Shown here piece by piece: positions 47,184 to 57,221 of a stretch of 64,000 bases of DNA. A program made the position numbers and the translations under genes. Below the pieces are notes generated by a model. The model ran no database searches. It was not told the DNA's origin and was given only the letters and a program-made list of their open reading frames with translations. How positions within the stretch are numbered: position 1 is the first letter of the stretch; each line of letters begins with the position of its first letter. The stretch lies in the sequence record OM319461.1. The stretch is one strand, 5' to 3'.

Positions 47184-48452
47184 CTATTCTTCGCCGGCGA
47201 TTCTTACTTCGGCTACTGGGTGTTGTTCACCTAGTGTGCCAATAAAGGCATAGGAGTTAGTTTCTTCGCCCATGATCTTAACGTAGGCAGGGACAACTTC
47301 TTTGATGTAGAATTGTTTGCCGTCTGGTAAGACACCTGTTACGAGTTGATTTAGGTCTAGGAGTTCCTCAGCACGAACACAGCGCTCTAGTACCTTGTCT
47401 TCGGTAATAGAGAACAACACATCTTTGTCTGCCGGTGTGTACACCACAGAGTTCCATGGACGACGAATAGGACGACTTAGCATTGTGTTATGATGCGGCA
47501 CTGCAAAATATTCGCTGGCTGTGTCTTCCATGTATGTACTCAGACGTTCGCCAAATTCACTTGTGGATGGAATTAAAACACGAACATCATCATTATCGTC
47601 GATGAGGTATTCGTCTTTTGTTCCGTCTGCCAGTGGGATTACATGTACCTCACCGTCTTGCTGGAAGTCAACTTCAATAGTCAGTGGGGTTCGCTTGTGT
47701 ATCTTTTTGGCAGAGTAGTCGGCAATAAAGTACGTAGCCATTTCTTCAGGAGATGGCGTGCCTTGATATTCCATTGTGATTGCATGTGCCACATAACGCG
47801 GTGGTAATGTAGTTTGAACAAACAACTCATGATGGATTTCCATAGGTACTGGAGACTTGATGTTGTCTGGTACAAAATGGTAGAACGAACAAGCCCGTTT
47901 ATCCTGTATTTTCTTTTCAAAGTCAACAAGACAGATATCACCTAGTTCCCATAACATCTCTTGCATCGTCTTTTCCCACGTAGCCAGATTCCAGCCATCG
48001 TTGTTAGAGGCTTTGGACTTATGGAAGAAAAGCTTGATGGTTGTAAACTGATGCAGGTAAAAGAGAATAGCAAACAGCTCACCGATGTGTTCTTTTTCTG
48101 CGCAGCGCAGTCTCGCAACAAACACGCCATCATCTTCAAAGATATACATTTCGTTCTTTTGGAAAGCCGAAGACAGGCACATGTCTCGAACACCGGAGAT
48201 GTTGATGAGTTCCATGAACAGTTCTTTACCGTGTTCCAGGTTAACAATATGTTCGTCTAATACGCGGCGGATATAGGCATAGTTTGCATCCTTTGTAGCC
48301 TCAATCTTATCTAAAGACTTCTGTGCATCCTTGTTCATCTCTGCATGGTTCTTGTCTACATTAGCGCCGCTTTTTCGAAGTATGTAGCCCAAAGCAAAAA
48401 CAGCAAAGATGATGAACAGCATACCAATGCCAATATAATCTTTCATTTCCAT
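47184..48452 (-). CDS. single-TM hypothetical protein
   Basis: N-terminal TM; TAATG coupling. Confidence 0.75.
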   Translation of the reverse strand: MEMKDYIGIGMLFIIFAVFALGYILRKSGANVDKNHAEMNKDAQKSLDKIEATKDANYAYIRRVLDEHIVNLEHGKELFMELINISGVRDMCLSSAFQKNEMYIFEDDGVFVARLRCAEKEHIGELFAILFYLHQFTTIKLFFHKSKASNNDGWNLATWEKTMQEMLWELGDICLVDFEKKIQDKRACSFYHFVPDNIKSPVPMEIHHELFVQTTLPPRYVAHAITMEYQGTPSPEEMATYFIADYSAKKIHKRTPLTIEVDFQQDGEVHVIPLADGTKDEYLIDDNDDVRVLIPSTSEFGERLSTYMEDTASEYFAVPHHNTMLSRPIRRPWNSVVYTPADKDVLFSITEDKVLERCVRAEELLDLNQLVTGVLPDGKQFYIKEVVPAYVKIMGEETNSYAFIGTLGEQHPVAEVRIAGEE

Positions 48453-49240
48453 TACTTATCTCCGTTACCATGTTTTTGGATAAAGTTTGTAATAAATAGT
48501 TGATTGAGTTCAACTGACTTCAGTACCCGTGCGTTGACTCCGCGTCCAACCAAAACGATTGGTACGTAGTTACCACAAGTTATATCTGGTTCTACATCAT
48601 AGTTGAATTGAACAAAACAATCGCTGTCAGGCAGATAAACAATCTCGCCTTCGCGATAAGACTCACCTGCTTTAAGATGTTTTGTTTCTTCACTCATCTT
48701 TGTGTAGATCCAGTTTGGTTTGTTTGTATAAATACCAGAGTGAGAAGTATTGTACACATACTGACCATAAGCGGGTTCAAATAGTGAGCGAACAGCAAGA
48801 TAATCACGTGCAGTAAAACCACCCACAGAATCGATGTGTACGAGTCGTGGTTGGTGCTCTTCATAATAATCACAGCTATCGTCAATAATGACATAGTCCG
48901 TGATCTCTGGATGATCGGTGAGCAATTTCCGCATGCGATCTCCACGGAAAGAAGTAGGCTTCGGTACACGAGGGCATTTGTGCCATACTAAACCACGATG
49001 AAAACCCATCGCATCAGCTAGCTTATGCAGCATCGCTTTTTCTGAGTTGCTGTTTGTTCCATCCCCGTGATCAGCCCATGTACTGATGAAAGAGATTTTA
49101 AGGTTGTAAAGATGACAAAGATCATTGATCATCTCGATTACGACGGAGTTTATATTGGCAGTTTCGCCTTCCATAAACGTCCAGTGATTTGTGGCTACTT
49201 CATCTATATCTAAGATGAGTAGTCTAACTTCTTCAGACAT
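48452..49240 (-). CDS. HAD-fold protein (Swiss-Army-Knife RNA-repair HAD-like; start MSEEVRL)
   Basis: LILDIDEV, FISTW, YVIIDDS, HIDSVGGF. Confidence 0.75.
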   Translation of the reverse strand: MSEEVRLLILDIDEVATNHWTFMEGETANINSVVIEMINDLCHLYNLKISFISTWADHGDGTNSNSEKAMLHKLADAMGFHRGLVWHKCPRVPKPTSFRGDRMRKLLTDHPEITDYVIIDDSCDYYEEHQPRLVHIDSVGGFTARDYLAVRSLFEPAYGQYVYNTSHSGIYTNKPNWIYTKMSEETKHLKAGESYREGEIVYLPDSDCFVQFNYDVEPDITCGNYVPIVLVGRGVNARVLKSVELNQLFITNFIQKHGNGDK

Positions 49241-49277
49241 CTTGTATCCTTTTATTTTCGTGGCTTCAGTCACTATA

Positions 49278-49290
49278 GTAATATAGGATT
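49278..49290 (-). promoter_or_regulatory. putative early promoter (variant)
   Basis: ATCCTATATTACT, followed by ATAGTGAC as at 16882. Confidence 0.65.
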
Positions 49291-49363
49291 ATGTTTTAAA
49301 TGATCACAACAAATTTTATGCTGCGAGTGCAGCTTAATTACGTAATTGACAGGAGTAACTCCC

Positions 49364-50359
49364 ATGCGGAATACATCATTTCCAATTCGTTACTTGGTGG
49401 CTAAAAAAGAACCAGACGATCCAGATAACTCAACCGGCCGCATGATCGCAGACTCGGTGAATGGTCTGATTGACTTGGTTGGTGCACTGGAAGATAATTC
49501 CAGTTGGCCAGATCCAGACCCTTCTGTGGTGGTAAGCAAAGTACATAACTCTGATTACCCATACTTGGCAGGATCTGAGATCCGCACTGCTTTTGGTTAT
49601 TTCCGTTGTATTTCCAACGTACCTGCCAACAGTAACATTAGTTTGACCAACCGTAACTTTTGGGCTTTAACCCACATGCCTGCTGACGGCGGTGCTGCTT
49701 ATGGCGGCATCTATGATGAAGTAAACGGATACCTTGCCAACACAGCAACAGTACGTCTAACGCCGGACAATGTGATTGTCATGCGTGCGCTGGAAGACAT
49801 CGATCCAGGTACACCGTTTGATCCTGCCCAGTGGCAAGTAGACGCTACATACGACCGTGGCGGCATGCAAGACTGGTCTGGTACCTTTGATGATACTGCA
49901 ACATACGACGCTGGTGTTTTTGTAACATACAACGATGGTGTTTATGTATCTAAGGACAAGATCGAAACAGCAGGTCCATTTGACCCTACAGAGTGGGATT
50001 CGGTTTTCCAAGTGAATACCACGACTCTTTTTAACATCAAGTGCTTTATTCAAGACACCACCGATGATGATGAAGAGATCTTTATTGAAGTTGTTACACA
50101 AGACTTTGTCTTTAAGCAAAACTTCCCTAACTCAGTTGCCGTTGCAGCTACAGCTGCCGAAGCAGATACCTCTCTGGTTATCTTGCATGGTGTAACCCAG
50201 ATTGGTACTATCAACTTTGCTGCTGGTAGTACTTCAGGTACGTTTGTTTCTACCGGCGACGTTTCAGTAACAACTGGCGATCTAATCGCTCTAAAACAAA
50301 ACGGTACCGCTGACAAAACACTGGCTAACATTTCCATTACTTTGGAGGGCTTGATGTAA
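49364..50359 (+). CDS. tail-fibre-associated protein with CBM5/12-like repeats
   Basis: AGGAG SD; YDAGVFVTYNDGVY..FDPTEW modules; N-terminus homologous to 60384 gene. Confidence 0.75.
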   Translation: MRNTSFPIRYLVAKKEPDDPDNSTGRMIADSVNGLIDLVGALEDNSSWPDPDPSVVVSKVHNSDYPYLAGSEIRTAFGYFRCISNVPANSNISLTNRNFWALTHMPADGGAAYGGIYDEVNGYLANTATVRLTPDNVIVMRALEDIDPGTPFDPAQWQVDATYDRGGMQDWSGTFDDTATYDAGVFVTYNDGVYVSKDKIETAGPFDPTEWDSVFQVNTTTLFNIKCFIQDTTDDDEEIFIEVVTQDFVFKQNFPNSVAVAATAAEADTSLVILHGVTQIGTINFAAGSTSGTFVSTGDVSVTTGDLIALKQNGTADKTLANISITLEGLM

Positions 50360-51708
50360 TGAGTTTTCTTTTCATCTTTAACGAGTCTCATGGCTTTACG
50401 ACAGAAGCTGGAGTAGGTAATACCGATCACGACCAACGTGTGATACTGAATCCGATCTATCCTCAGTTTCGTGATCCAATGTTCAGTCGTGGTCACGCAC
50501 AGACAGGCAGTCACGCTCTTGGCAAAGGATGGTTTGTAACCGAACCACCTGCGAATACCTCATCGGATATCTGGTTCCATTTTCGTTCTCTTGTTTTGTC
50601 TTCTGGTTCATCAGCTTGGGCATTTACGACTCCTGCTGGTACAGGTCGTCATTTTGAATTGCGGATAGAAAACAGCAGAGCGAGAATTGTCGACTTTGCT
50701 GGTCGTGATGCCTCGGTGGATATAACTGGCTCAGGCGACCAATCGGATTTCGACGTCAAAATCAACTTCGGTACGGGTGCCTTTGAAATTTTCCAAGATG
50801 GTTTATCTAAAGGTAGCGGTACACACTCATGGATCGTTGACATGGGTCTAGACTGTTATCTTAAGTCTGGTCTTCGTGGGGCTGCAAGTACAGCGTTTAC
50901 CGAGATGATCATCACCGAAGCCAAACCTACGATTGGTATGCGCGTCGCTACGCTTGCTCCAGAAGCAGCTGCGTCAGACAATAACCTCGAAGGTGATATT
51001 GCGACAGTTAATGAAGTATCGCTAAGTAACGACGGTATGACTACAGATGGTGCTGGTAACTTTATGTTTGACTATACCGACATTGATGCAGGCATTGACA
51101 TGAGTCAGTACAACATCGCAGCTGTAACGGTATCTACTGTCTCTACGGCCGACGAAACATTTGTTGACAAGTTCGTACAGAACGCAGTTCGCATTAATGG
51201 CAATATCCATGCGCCATATGACTTCCTTGTGTCTGATACGACAAGTGATTCGAAGTCACTAAATACGATCATGACAACAAACCCAGAAACGGGAGCAGCT
51301 TGGACAGAAGCCGACATCAATGCACTAGAAGCTGGCGTTGCTATTGGTCAGCCTGATCTGAAGATTCGTATTGCAAGTGATGGTAGCTTACGCGGATGGC
51401 GTACAGAAGGTAGTACTTTCGGTACCCTGCTTGGTGGTAAAGACGAGTCAATCGTTGATGCATTCTATTATTCTGTGGACAGTGACTACCTGCTACTAAG
51501 TCCAAAGACCGCTAGTGGCGGTTGGCATGGCAGTACGAGCGCACGTATTCATCTGTTGTTTGAAGACGGCACCTACTTTGTTACGAACACCATGTCCTAC
51601 AATACTGGTTTTGGTGGCAGCTTTAAGTCTAGTCGTAACGATACACTAGAAGCCAAGTTCAATGCGAGTGTTGGTCAAGTACTGAATGCTTGGGTAGAAA
51701 CATTTTAA
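50359..51708 (+). CDS. adhesin/fibre paralog 1
   Basis: WFHFR, EMIITEAKPTIGMRV, NPETGAAWTEADINALEAGV. Confidence 0.75.
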   Translation: MSFLFIFNESHGFTTEAGVGNTDHDQRVILNPIYPQFRDPMFSRGHAQTGSHALGKGWFVTEPPANTSSDIWFHFRSLVLSSGSSAWAFTTPAGTGRHFELRIENSRARIVDFAGRDASVDITGSGDQSDFDVKINFGTGAFEIFQDGLSKGSGTHSWIVDMGLDCYLKSGLRGAASTAFTEMIITEAKPTIGMRVATLAPEAAASDNNLEGDIATVNEVSLSNDGMTTDGAGNFMFDYTDIDAGIDMSQYNIAAVTVSTVSTADETFVDKFVQNAVRINGNIHAPYDFLVSDTTSDSKSLNTIMTTNPETGAAWTEADINALEAGVAIGQPDLKIRIASDGSLRGWRTEGSTFGTLLGGKDESIVDAFYYSVDSDYLLLSPKTASGGWHGSTSARIHLLFEDGTYFVTNTMSYNTGFGGSFKSSRNDTLEAKFNASVGQVLNAWVETF

Positions 51709-51718
51709 GGAGTAAGAA

Positions 51719-53077
51719 ATGACTTTCTTATTTATTCAAAACGAAGCCAATGGTGAAGTTTCTGTAAACGACGAAACCACAGCACGTGACCCGCGTCGTG
51801 GCTTGGTAGCTACGGGCGGTGGCTTTGACCCGGTGTTTTCTCGTGGTCGCGTAGAAGTAGAGAGCCGAAACTTTGCATATGCCAGCATGAAGATGACGGG
51901 TGCATCGAGTGACGCTACGGTTCTGTGGATCCATGCCATGATCTATGTTCAGAATGGGTACTCCAATGGCCTCATCAACTTTGGCTATGACGGTGTTCCG
52001 AATGCAGAGGGCTTTCGTATTGAAGGTGGTTCAGGCGAGGTTCGCATTAAGAACCTGAGTGGCACAGAGATCGGCGCTAAAGCAGTCGCAGATGGAAACC
52101 ACCACGTAGACGTAATGCTGAATACAGATACTGGCGCTTTTGCTTTTTATGTCAATGGCGTTAATGAAGCCTCTGGTACTTCGGCAATTGTTTCTAGTTT
52201 CAAACCAAGTCTTTGGGATTCTGTTCAGATTCGTAAAGTATCTGCTGGACGCAGTGCTTCAGAAGTAATCGTTACCGAAGGTGAAATCACCATTGGCATG
52301 CGCGTTATCTCTCTTGTTCCAGAAGCAAACGGCACACATACTGACTTTACTGGCGATGTGAGTACGGTTAGTGAATTGTCACTTAACCCAGACGGCGTGA
52401 CATCTACGGGGGCAGGTAAACACACGTTTGCTTATACTGATCCGGATGCTGCAATCGACTTTAGTACATACGACATTAAAGCAGTCGCTGTGTCTAGTGT
52501 CGCATCAGCTGAAGCTGGCATGGAACAAAACTATATGCGTAATGTCTTGAAAACGGATGCGGATGAACACAGCCCAGTTGTCGGTCGTTTACTAGACACT
52601 GTAAGTGGCCGAGGTTCTTTAAATGAACTCTACGAAGTAAACCCTAACACGGGCGCAGCATGGACAGAAGCAGAAATCAAAGCTGCTGAGTTTGGCGTGA
52701 ATTTAGAAACACCGCCACTATTCGTCCTTCGTTTTGATGTTCGTTATGATGATACAAATATTGCTGGTTACTATGCTTACGGCGTACCTACCGGCGATTT
52801 AGTTGCTTCGATTACGAGTACAGACAGAACTGGTCATGATCGTCCTTATTTTCTTTATGGCGATAAGAGCGACGGCCGTGTTGTCGCGGCATTTGGTACT
52901 GGCGGCGGCAACAAAGTAGACGGTAAGGATTCTATTACTTTCCGCTTTGTTGACGAAGACGGCGCAGAGACTACGAAAGTATTTCCGTACTCGGGTGACT
53001 ATCGAGTTACTGACGCTACCTTGGTTAACTGGTTCCATGCCCGTGCCGGTAAAGCAGTAAGCGTTTACGTAGAATAA
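51719..53077 (+). CDS. adhesin/fibre paralog 2
   Basis: WIHAMIY, EVIVTEGEITIGMRV, NPNTGAAWTEAEIKAAEFGV. Confidence 0.75.
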   Translation: MTFLFIQNEANGEVSVNDETTARDPRRGLVATGGGFDPVFSRGRVEVESRNFAYASMKMTGASSDATVLWIHAMIYVQNGYSNGLINFGYDGVPNAEGFRIEGGSGEVRIKNLSGTEIGAKAVADGNHHVDVMLNTDTGAFAFYVNGVNEASGTSAIVSSFKPSLWDSVQIRKVSAGRSASEVIVTEGEITIGMRVISLVPEANGTHTDFTGDVSTVSELSLNPDGVTSTGAGKHTFAYTDPDAAIDFSTYDIKAVAVSSVASAEAGMEQNYMRNVLKTDADEHSPVVGRLLDTVSGRGSLNELYEVNPNTGAAWTEAEIKAAEFGVNLETPPLFVLRFDVRYDDTNIAGYYAYGVPTGDLVASITSTDRTGHDRPYFLYGDKSDGRVVAAFGTGGGNKVDGKDSITFRFVDEDGAETTKVFPYSGDYRVTDATLVNWFHARAGKAVSVYVE

Positions 53078-53091
53078 CACAGGAGCCCATA

Positions 53092-54489
53092 ATGGCAATT
53101 TTATTTATGCAGAATGAACTGTCTGGTACGGTAACGGATCCTAACTATTACTTTACTAGCAGTGACGTTCGTGCACAGGTTGACACGAATGTGGATGCTT
53201 TTGACCCAGAAGCTCAACGACGTGCAACCCCAAGACCGAACTATAACTTCAGTCCATTTCAAGTCAGTCCTCCTCCAGGTGACACCAAGAAATACTGGGT
53301 GCATTTTCGTTTCAATCAACGCAATGATACCTCGCGTTATGTGAAGTTACAGATCGGAGAACACCCATCGTCACCAAGCTCCAATACGAATACAGTAATC
53401 ACGGTTGGTTATAGCGATGGCCGTATTCAGTGTCAGGCAGCTGGCGAATACTGTTACGAAACAGGCAAATACGACAAAGCTGCACAAACCGAAATCGACC
53501 TACATGTTGATTCGAATACGGGCTACTTCGAAGTATATTGTAACGGTGCTCTAATTAAGGCAGGTACGAGTAACAGTGCCAAGTCTAGTTATAAAATGCT
53601 CTATGTCTGGATTGATGGCGGCAGTACGATTCCAATTAGTGAACTGATCATCACGGAAGACGAGCCTACACTAGGTATGCGTCTATTGACTCTGACGCCG
53701 GACGCTTTGGCATCGGGCAAAATGAGCGGCGATATCTCAGACATTACTGAGATCGGCCTGGATGAAGCAGCTATGGAAACAGAAGTAGCTGGTGCGAATC
53801 TTTTCAGTCTTACCGATGTACACAACACCTTTGCCTCTAATTCTGACCTCATTATTCGTGCGATCGATGTGAAAGCATTGGTAAGCAAGTCGGCTGCATC
53901 TGAACTAGAATATGCCCAGATGACAATCAAGACGGATGGCGAGGTTCACAAAGAACTCGCGCCTAAGCAGATCACTGCTACGTCCCCTGGTCGTGCTCTG
54001 AGTGCTTTCCATGAAGTCAATCCTAAGACAGGTAAGGCATGGACAGTAGCCGAAGTAAATACACTGGAAGCGGGCGTAGAGTTTGCTGGAACAGTTGCGG
54101 ATGTAGACTTCATTCCACACATTACCTTCACTACTGCCAATAGCAATAACAACTACCAAGGTTACCGCAAAGATAGTACTACCTTGAACAATCTTATTTC
54201 TGGCGGTACATGGTACGACGAGAATGGTATTCCGGGTGGATTCATTGAATCAGTGGAATGGCAAAACAACCACGGTCGTGGTATTTTTAAAACCAACGAT
54301 GGCCGCAAGTGGGCTCATGGTCCAAATGGCGTTCGATTGCATTTCCGCGAGACAGATGGAAATATCCAGACCGAACAGATTCCTTGGAATAATACAGCCA
54401 AGGACTATCGTCGTGACGGCGGCTATTTCTACTCATGGCTGAAAGATCGCGCAGGCCAAGTTCTTGAAGTAATGATTGAAGGTTATTAG
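53092..54489 (+). CDS. adhesin/fibre paralog 3
   Basis: WVHFRF, ELIITEDEPTLGMRL, NPKTGKAWTVAEVNTLEAGV. Confidence 0.75.
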   Translation: MAILFMQNELSGTVTDPNYYFTSSDVRAQVDTNVDAFDPEAQRRATPRPNYNFSPFQVSPPPGDTKKYWVHFRFNQRNDTSRYVKLQIGEHPSSPSSNTNTVITVGYSDGRIQCQAAGEYCYETGKYDKAAQTEIDLHVDSNTGYFEVYCNGALIKAGTSNSAKSSYKMLYVWIDGGSTIPISELIITEDEPTLGMRLLTLTPDALASGKMSGDISDITEIGLDEAAMETEVAGANLFSLTDVHNTFASNSDLIIRAIDVKALVSKSAASELEYAQMTIKTDGEVHKELAPKQITATSPGRALSAFHEVNPKTGKAWTVAEVNTLEAGVEFAGTVADVDFIPHITFTTANSNNNYQGYRKDSTTLNNLISGGTWYDENGIPGGFIESVEWQNNHGRGIFKTNDGRKWAHGPNGVRLHFRETDGNIQTEQIPWNNTAKDYRRDGGYFYSWLKDRAGQVLEVMIEGY

Positions 54490-54501
54490 GAGATTTAATT
54501 T

Positions 54502-55824
54502 ATGGCTGTTTTAGCTATCCTAGGTGATGTTACACCTATCGTTGCTTCTGCTGACTACCTGGGTTCTGGTGACCCACGTACACGCCTAGAGGCATCTAAC
54601 CTACCTGGTTCTTTTGACAAAGTAGAATTTGAATCAGGTCAAACAGTTAAGTTTGCTGAAAATGTTCCTAAAGATATTTGGATCCACTTCCGCTATGCCA
54701 ATAACGGTGCTTCACTCAATGCAACGGCACAGTTTAGTTTGGTTGCCAATGACGGTACGTACAAACTGCGTATCGGTTCTGGTGGTGGAGATCAATTCTT
54801 CCTTAATGCCCAGCAGCCTGGCGGCGGTACGGCAAGTGCACCAGCACAGACTGCGGCAGTTGCGGACATAGACGTCCATTTCTACAATAACCGCGTGACA
54901 TTCTACGTGGATGGAAACCAAATCCATGATACTACTTTCTCGATCGTCAATGCAACGTTTAATAGCATTGCACTGGTGACACACCAACCAGACGTGAGTG
55001 AAGTAATCATTGCTGACGAAGATACTCGTGGTTGGCGACTAGCCAAGCTAGATCCAGAAGCAGCTGGTAGCTTCGATGAGTTTGGTGGTATTGTAGATAG
55101 CATTAACACTGAAGACCTTACTGCGGACTCTGTAAGCGCTGATGGTCCAATGAAACAGTCTTTCCAATACTCTGACTTTAGTACAGATGCAAACGCCGCT
55201 GGACTACAAGTTCATTCATTGGTACTTGGCTCTGTTGTTAACACTGCTGGTAATCCTGCTGCCCCTATATTCCGCCACATGGTTACGAATGGCACGGATG
55301 TTGGCTACGGTCCAAATGCATCTGCCCCTGATGCCGACGGTGCTCTAGCTCCGCAATTAGACATTATGGAAGTTAACCCACTGACAGGCAATGCTTGGAC
55401 AATGGCGGAAATCGATGCTCTTGAGTTTGGTGCAGAGTCTTTCTTGTGGGACATGCGTATTCGTGACTTTGGTGCAAGTGGTTCATTGTATGGCATCAAG
55501 AAAGCTTCTGGCTTCTCAGAAGCCTACGACAAGAACCCGGCTGCCGGCTATACTCAGTTCGAATACTTTTACGAACAAAGCGACAAAGTAGTGATTCAGG
55601 CCACCACAGAAACCGTCAGTGCATGGGGTGACAACATCGTGGTGCTCATCAAGGGTGCCGATACAGACGAGATCTTCTCTTTCAAAGCGAAGCGCAATGG
55701 TGGTACTATCGGTGACCGCGAATACTGGGAAACGACCAATGGCGATCCAGAAGCAGCAAAGGTTCGTTCCATGATGTCAGCTAACGCTACAACTGGTCTT
55801 TGGATTTTTGTCCGAGCAGCTTAA
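54502..55824 (+). CDS. adhesin/fibre paralog 4
   Basis: WIHFRY, EVIIADEDTRGWRL, NPLTGNAWTMAEIDALEFGA. Confidence 0.75.
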   Translation: MAVLAILGDVTPIVASADYLGSGDPRTRLEASNLPGSFDKVEFESGQTVKFAENVPKDIWIHFRYANNGASLNATAQFSLVANDGTYKLRIGSGGGDQFFLNAQQPGGGTASAPAQTAAVADIDVHFYNNRVTFYVDGNQIHDTTFSIVNATFNSIALVTHQPDVSEVIIADEDTRGWRLAKLDPEAAGSFDEFGGIVDSINTEDLTADSVSADGPMKQSFQYSDFSTDANAAGLQVHSLVLGSVVNTAGNPAAPIFRHMVTNGTDVGYGPNASAPDADGALAPQLDIMEVNPLTGNAWTMAEIDALEFGAESFLWDMRIRDFGASGSLYGIKKASGFSEAYDKNPAAGYTQFEYFYEQSDKVVIQATTETVSAWGDNIVVLIKGADTDEIFSFKAKRNGGTIGDREYWETTNGDPEAAKVRSMMSANATTGLWIFVRAA

Positions 55825-55873
55825 GTTTAACTGAGGGAGTAAACCTCCCTCTCCTTTTGGAGAAAACAAAATG
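55822..55873 (+). repeat. about 50-bp intergenic repeat with hairpin, copy 1
   Basis: TAAGTTTAACTGAGGGAGTAAACCTCCCTCTCCTTTTGGAGAAAACAAAATG. Confidence 0.9.
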
Positions 55874-57172
55874 TCAATTCTTTTAACAGTTAACCCTGCT
55901 TCACTGCCGGTTACTGCTGGTCAAGCTTATTCAGCCAATGACATTCGTACACTTGCTGTAGATGCTACGGCCGACGACACAATGACAAACTGGAAGTTTC
56001 CAGATTGTAACTCTAAGGCACATAGTCGCTTATCAATGAAATCCACTCCAACGAGTACGTTGTGGTTCCATGCGCGCGTCAAGCGCACAGTTAGTTCTTT
56101 TGAGATAGGCGTTGAGTTTTATGGCCAGCCAAGCGGCTATTCCTCTACCTATAAAGACTACTGGGGGCTACAGGTTACCCCATGGTTTATGATGCATACG
56201 CGAAACCAGACACAGCAGAATAACCAGAGCTTTAGTGGTACATTCCCTGCCGAGGGTTCTGACTGGTTTGATTTTGATTTAGAAATGGGTTCTGGCAAGG
56301 TTTACATCAACGGTAGCTTGGAGCATGATTACTCTGGAAGTTACATACTGGGTACTGACTCCAGTGCTTTCCAATTCCGAATCCAAGGTGGCGAGATAAC
56401 AGAAATGGTTGTCGCCAACGAAGATACTCGAAACTGGCGTGTCGCTTCAGAAGTACCAGCCTCGCTTGTTTCTAGTACGTTTAGTGGCGATGTAGTCAAC
56501 ATTCAAACGCCTGGTCTGACCAAAGATGGTTTGAGTTCTGGCGGTGCCGGTGCAGAGTTTGTGGCCAAGATGCCTGTTGTCCCTGGTGGTTACAAAGTAG
56601 CTGGTCATACAATCAATACCATCGCCGAAACAAATGGTACTCCAGAATCACCAATGCTTGCTTATATCTTAGACGGCAACCTGCTAGGTTTGCATAGTAC
56701 AGACAGTGATGGTGAAAATGTCCCTAACTCGTTTGTGCATGAGACCAAACCATCGGATGGTTCCAACTGGTCGACTGCTGATTTATCAGAACGAGAGATC
56801 ACAGTAATCAACCCAGTTGAACACTACTTCAACACTGCGCAGATTACAAGTGGTGTCTATGGTACTGGTGGTGCGGCACAATTTGTCAAAGGCGGCGAAT
56901 GGGATGGCGGTGGTGCTATTGAACTACAGCATGCTTATAGTGCACGTAACCTTTGGATCTTCTGTGATGCCGACACCAATCGTAAGTGGGGCACATCGGA
57001 CAAGATTCATGTTTATTACACTCGCCGAGATGTAGCAGGACAACCTACCGTTAACCGCGTCCTAACATGGGATGATACTACGGGTGGCTACAAGTCCGGA
57101 CTGAGCAATGATGACTTTGATGTAATCTCTGCTTCCGGTATGCAGATGAAAATGTACATCCTGCCACTTTAA
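55871..57172 (+). CDS. adhesin/fibre paralog 5
   Basis: WFHARVK, EMVVANEDTRNWRV, KPSDGSNWS. Confidence 0.75.
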   Translation: MSILLTVNPASLPVTAGQAYSANDIRTLAVDATADDTMTNWKFPDCNSKAHSRLSMKSTPTSTLWFHARVKRTVSSFEIGVEFYGQPSGYSSTYKDYWGLQVTPWFMMHTRNQTQQNNQSFSGTFPAEGSDWFDFDLEMGSGKVYINGSLEHDYSGSYILGTDSSAFQFRIQGGEITEMVVANEDTRNWRVASEVPASLVSSTFSGDVVNIQTPGLTKDGLSSGGAGAEFVAKMPVVPGGYKVAGHTINTIAETNGTPESPMLAYILDGNLLGLHSTDSDGENVPNSFVHETKPSDGSNWSTADLSEREITVINPVEHYFNTAQITSGVYGTGGAAQFVKGGEWDGGGAIELQHAYSARNLWIFCDADTNRKWGTSDKIHVYYTRRDVAGQPTVNRVLTWDDTTGGYKSGLSNDDFDVISASGMQMKMYILPL

Positions 57173-57221
57173 GTTTAACTGAGGGAGTAATCCTCCCTCT
57201 CCTTTTTGGGGAAAACAAATG
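57170..57221 (+). repeat. about 50-bp intergenic repeat with hairpin, copy 2
   Basis: TAAGTTTAACTGAGGGAGTAATCCTCCCTCTCCTTTTTGGGGAAAACAAATG. Confidence 0.9.

Noticed and set aside
48452-49273. Leaderless GTG start right after the 49278 promoter
   Set aside because: A good AAGGA SD supports the ATG at 49240, and the same TATAGTGAC follows the 16882 promoter without a productive start
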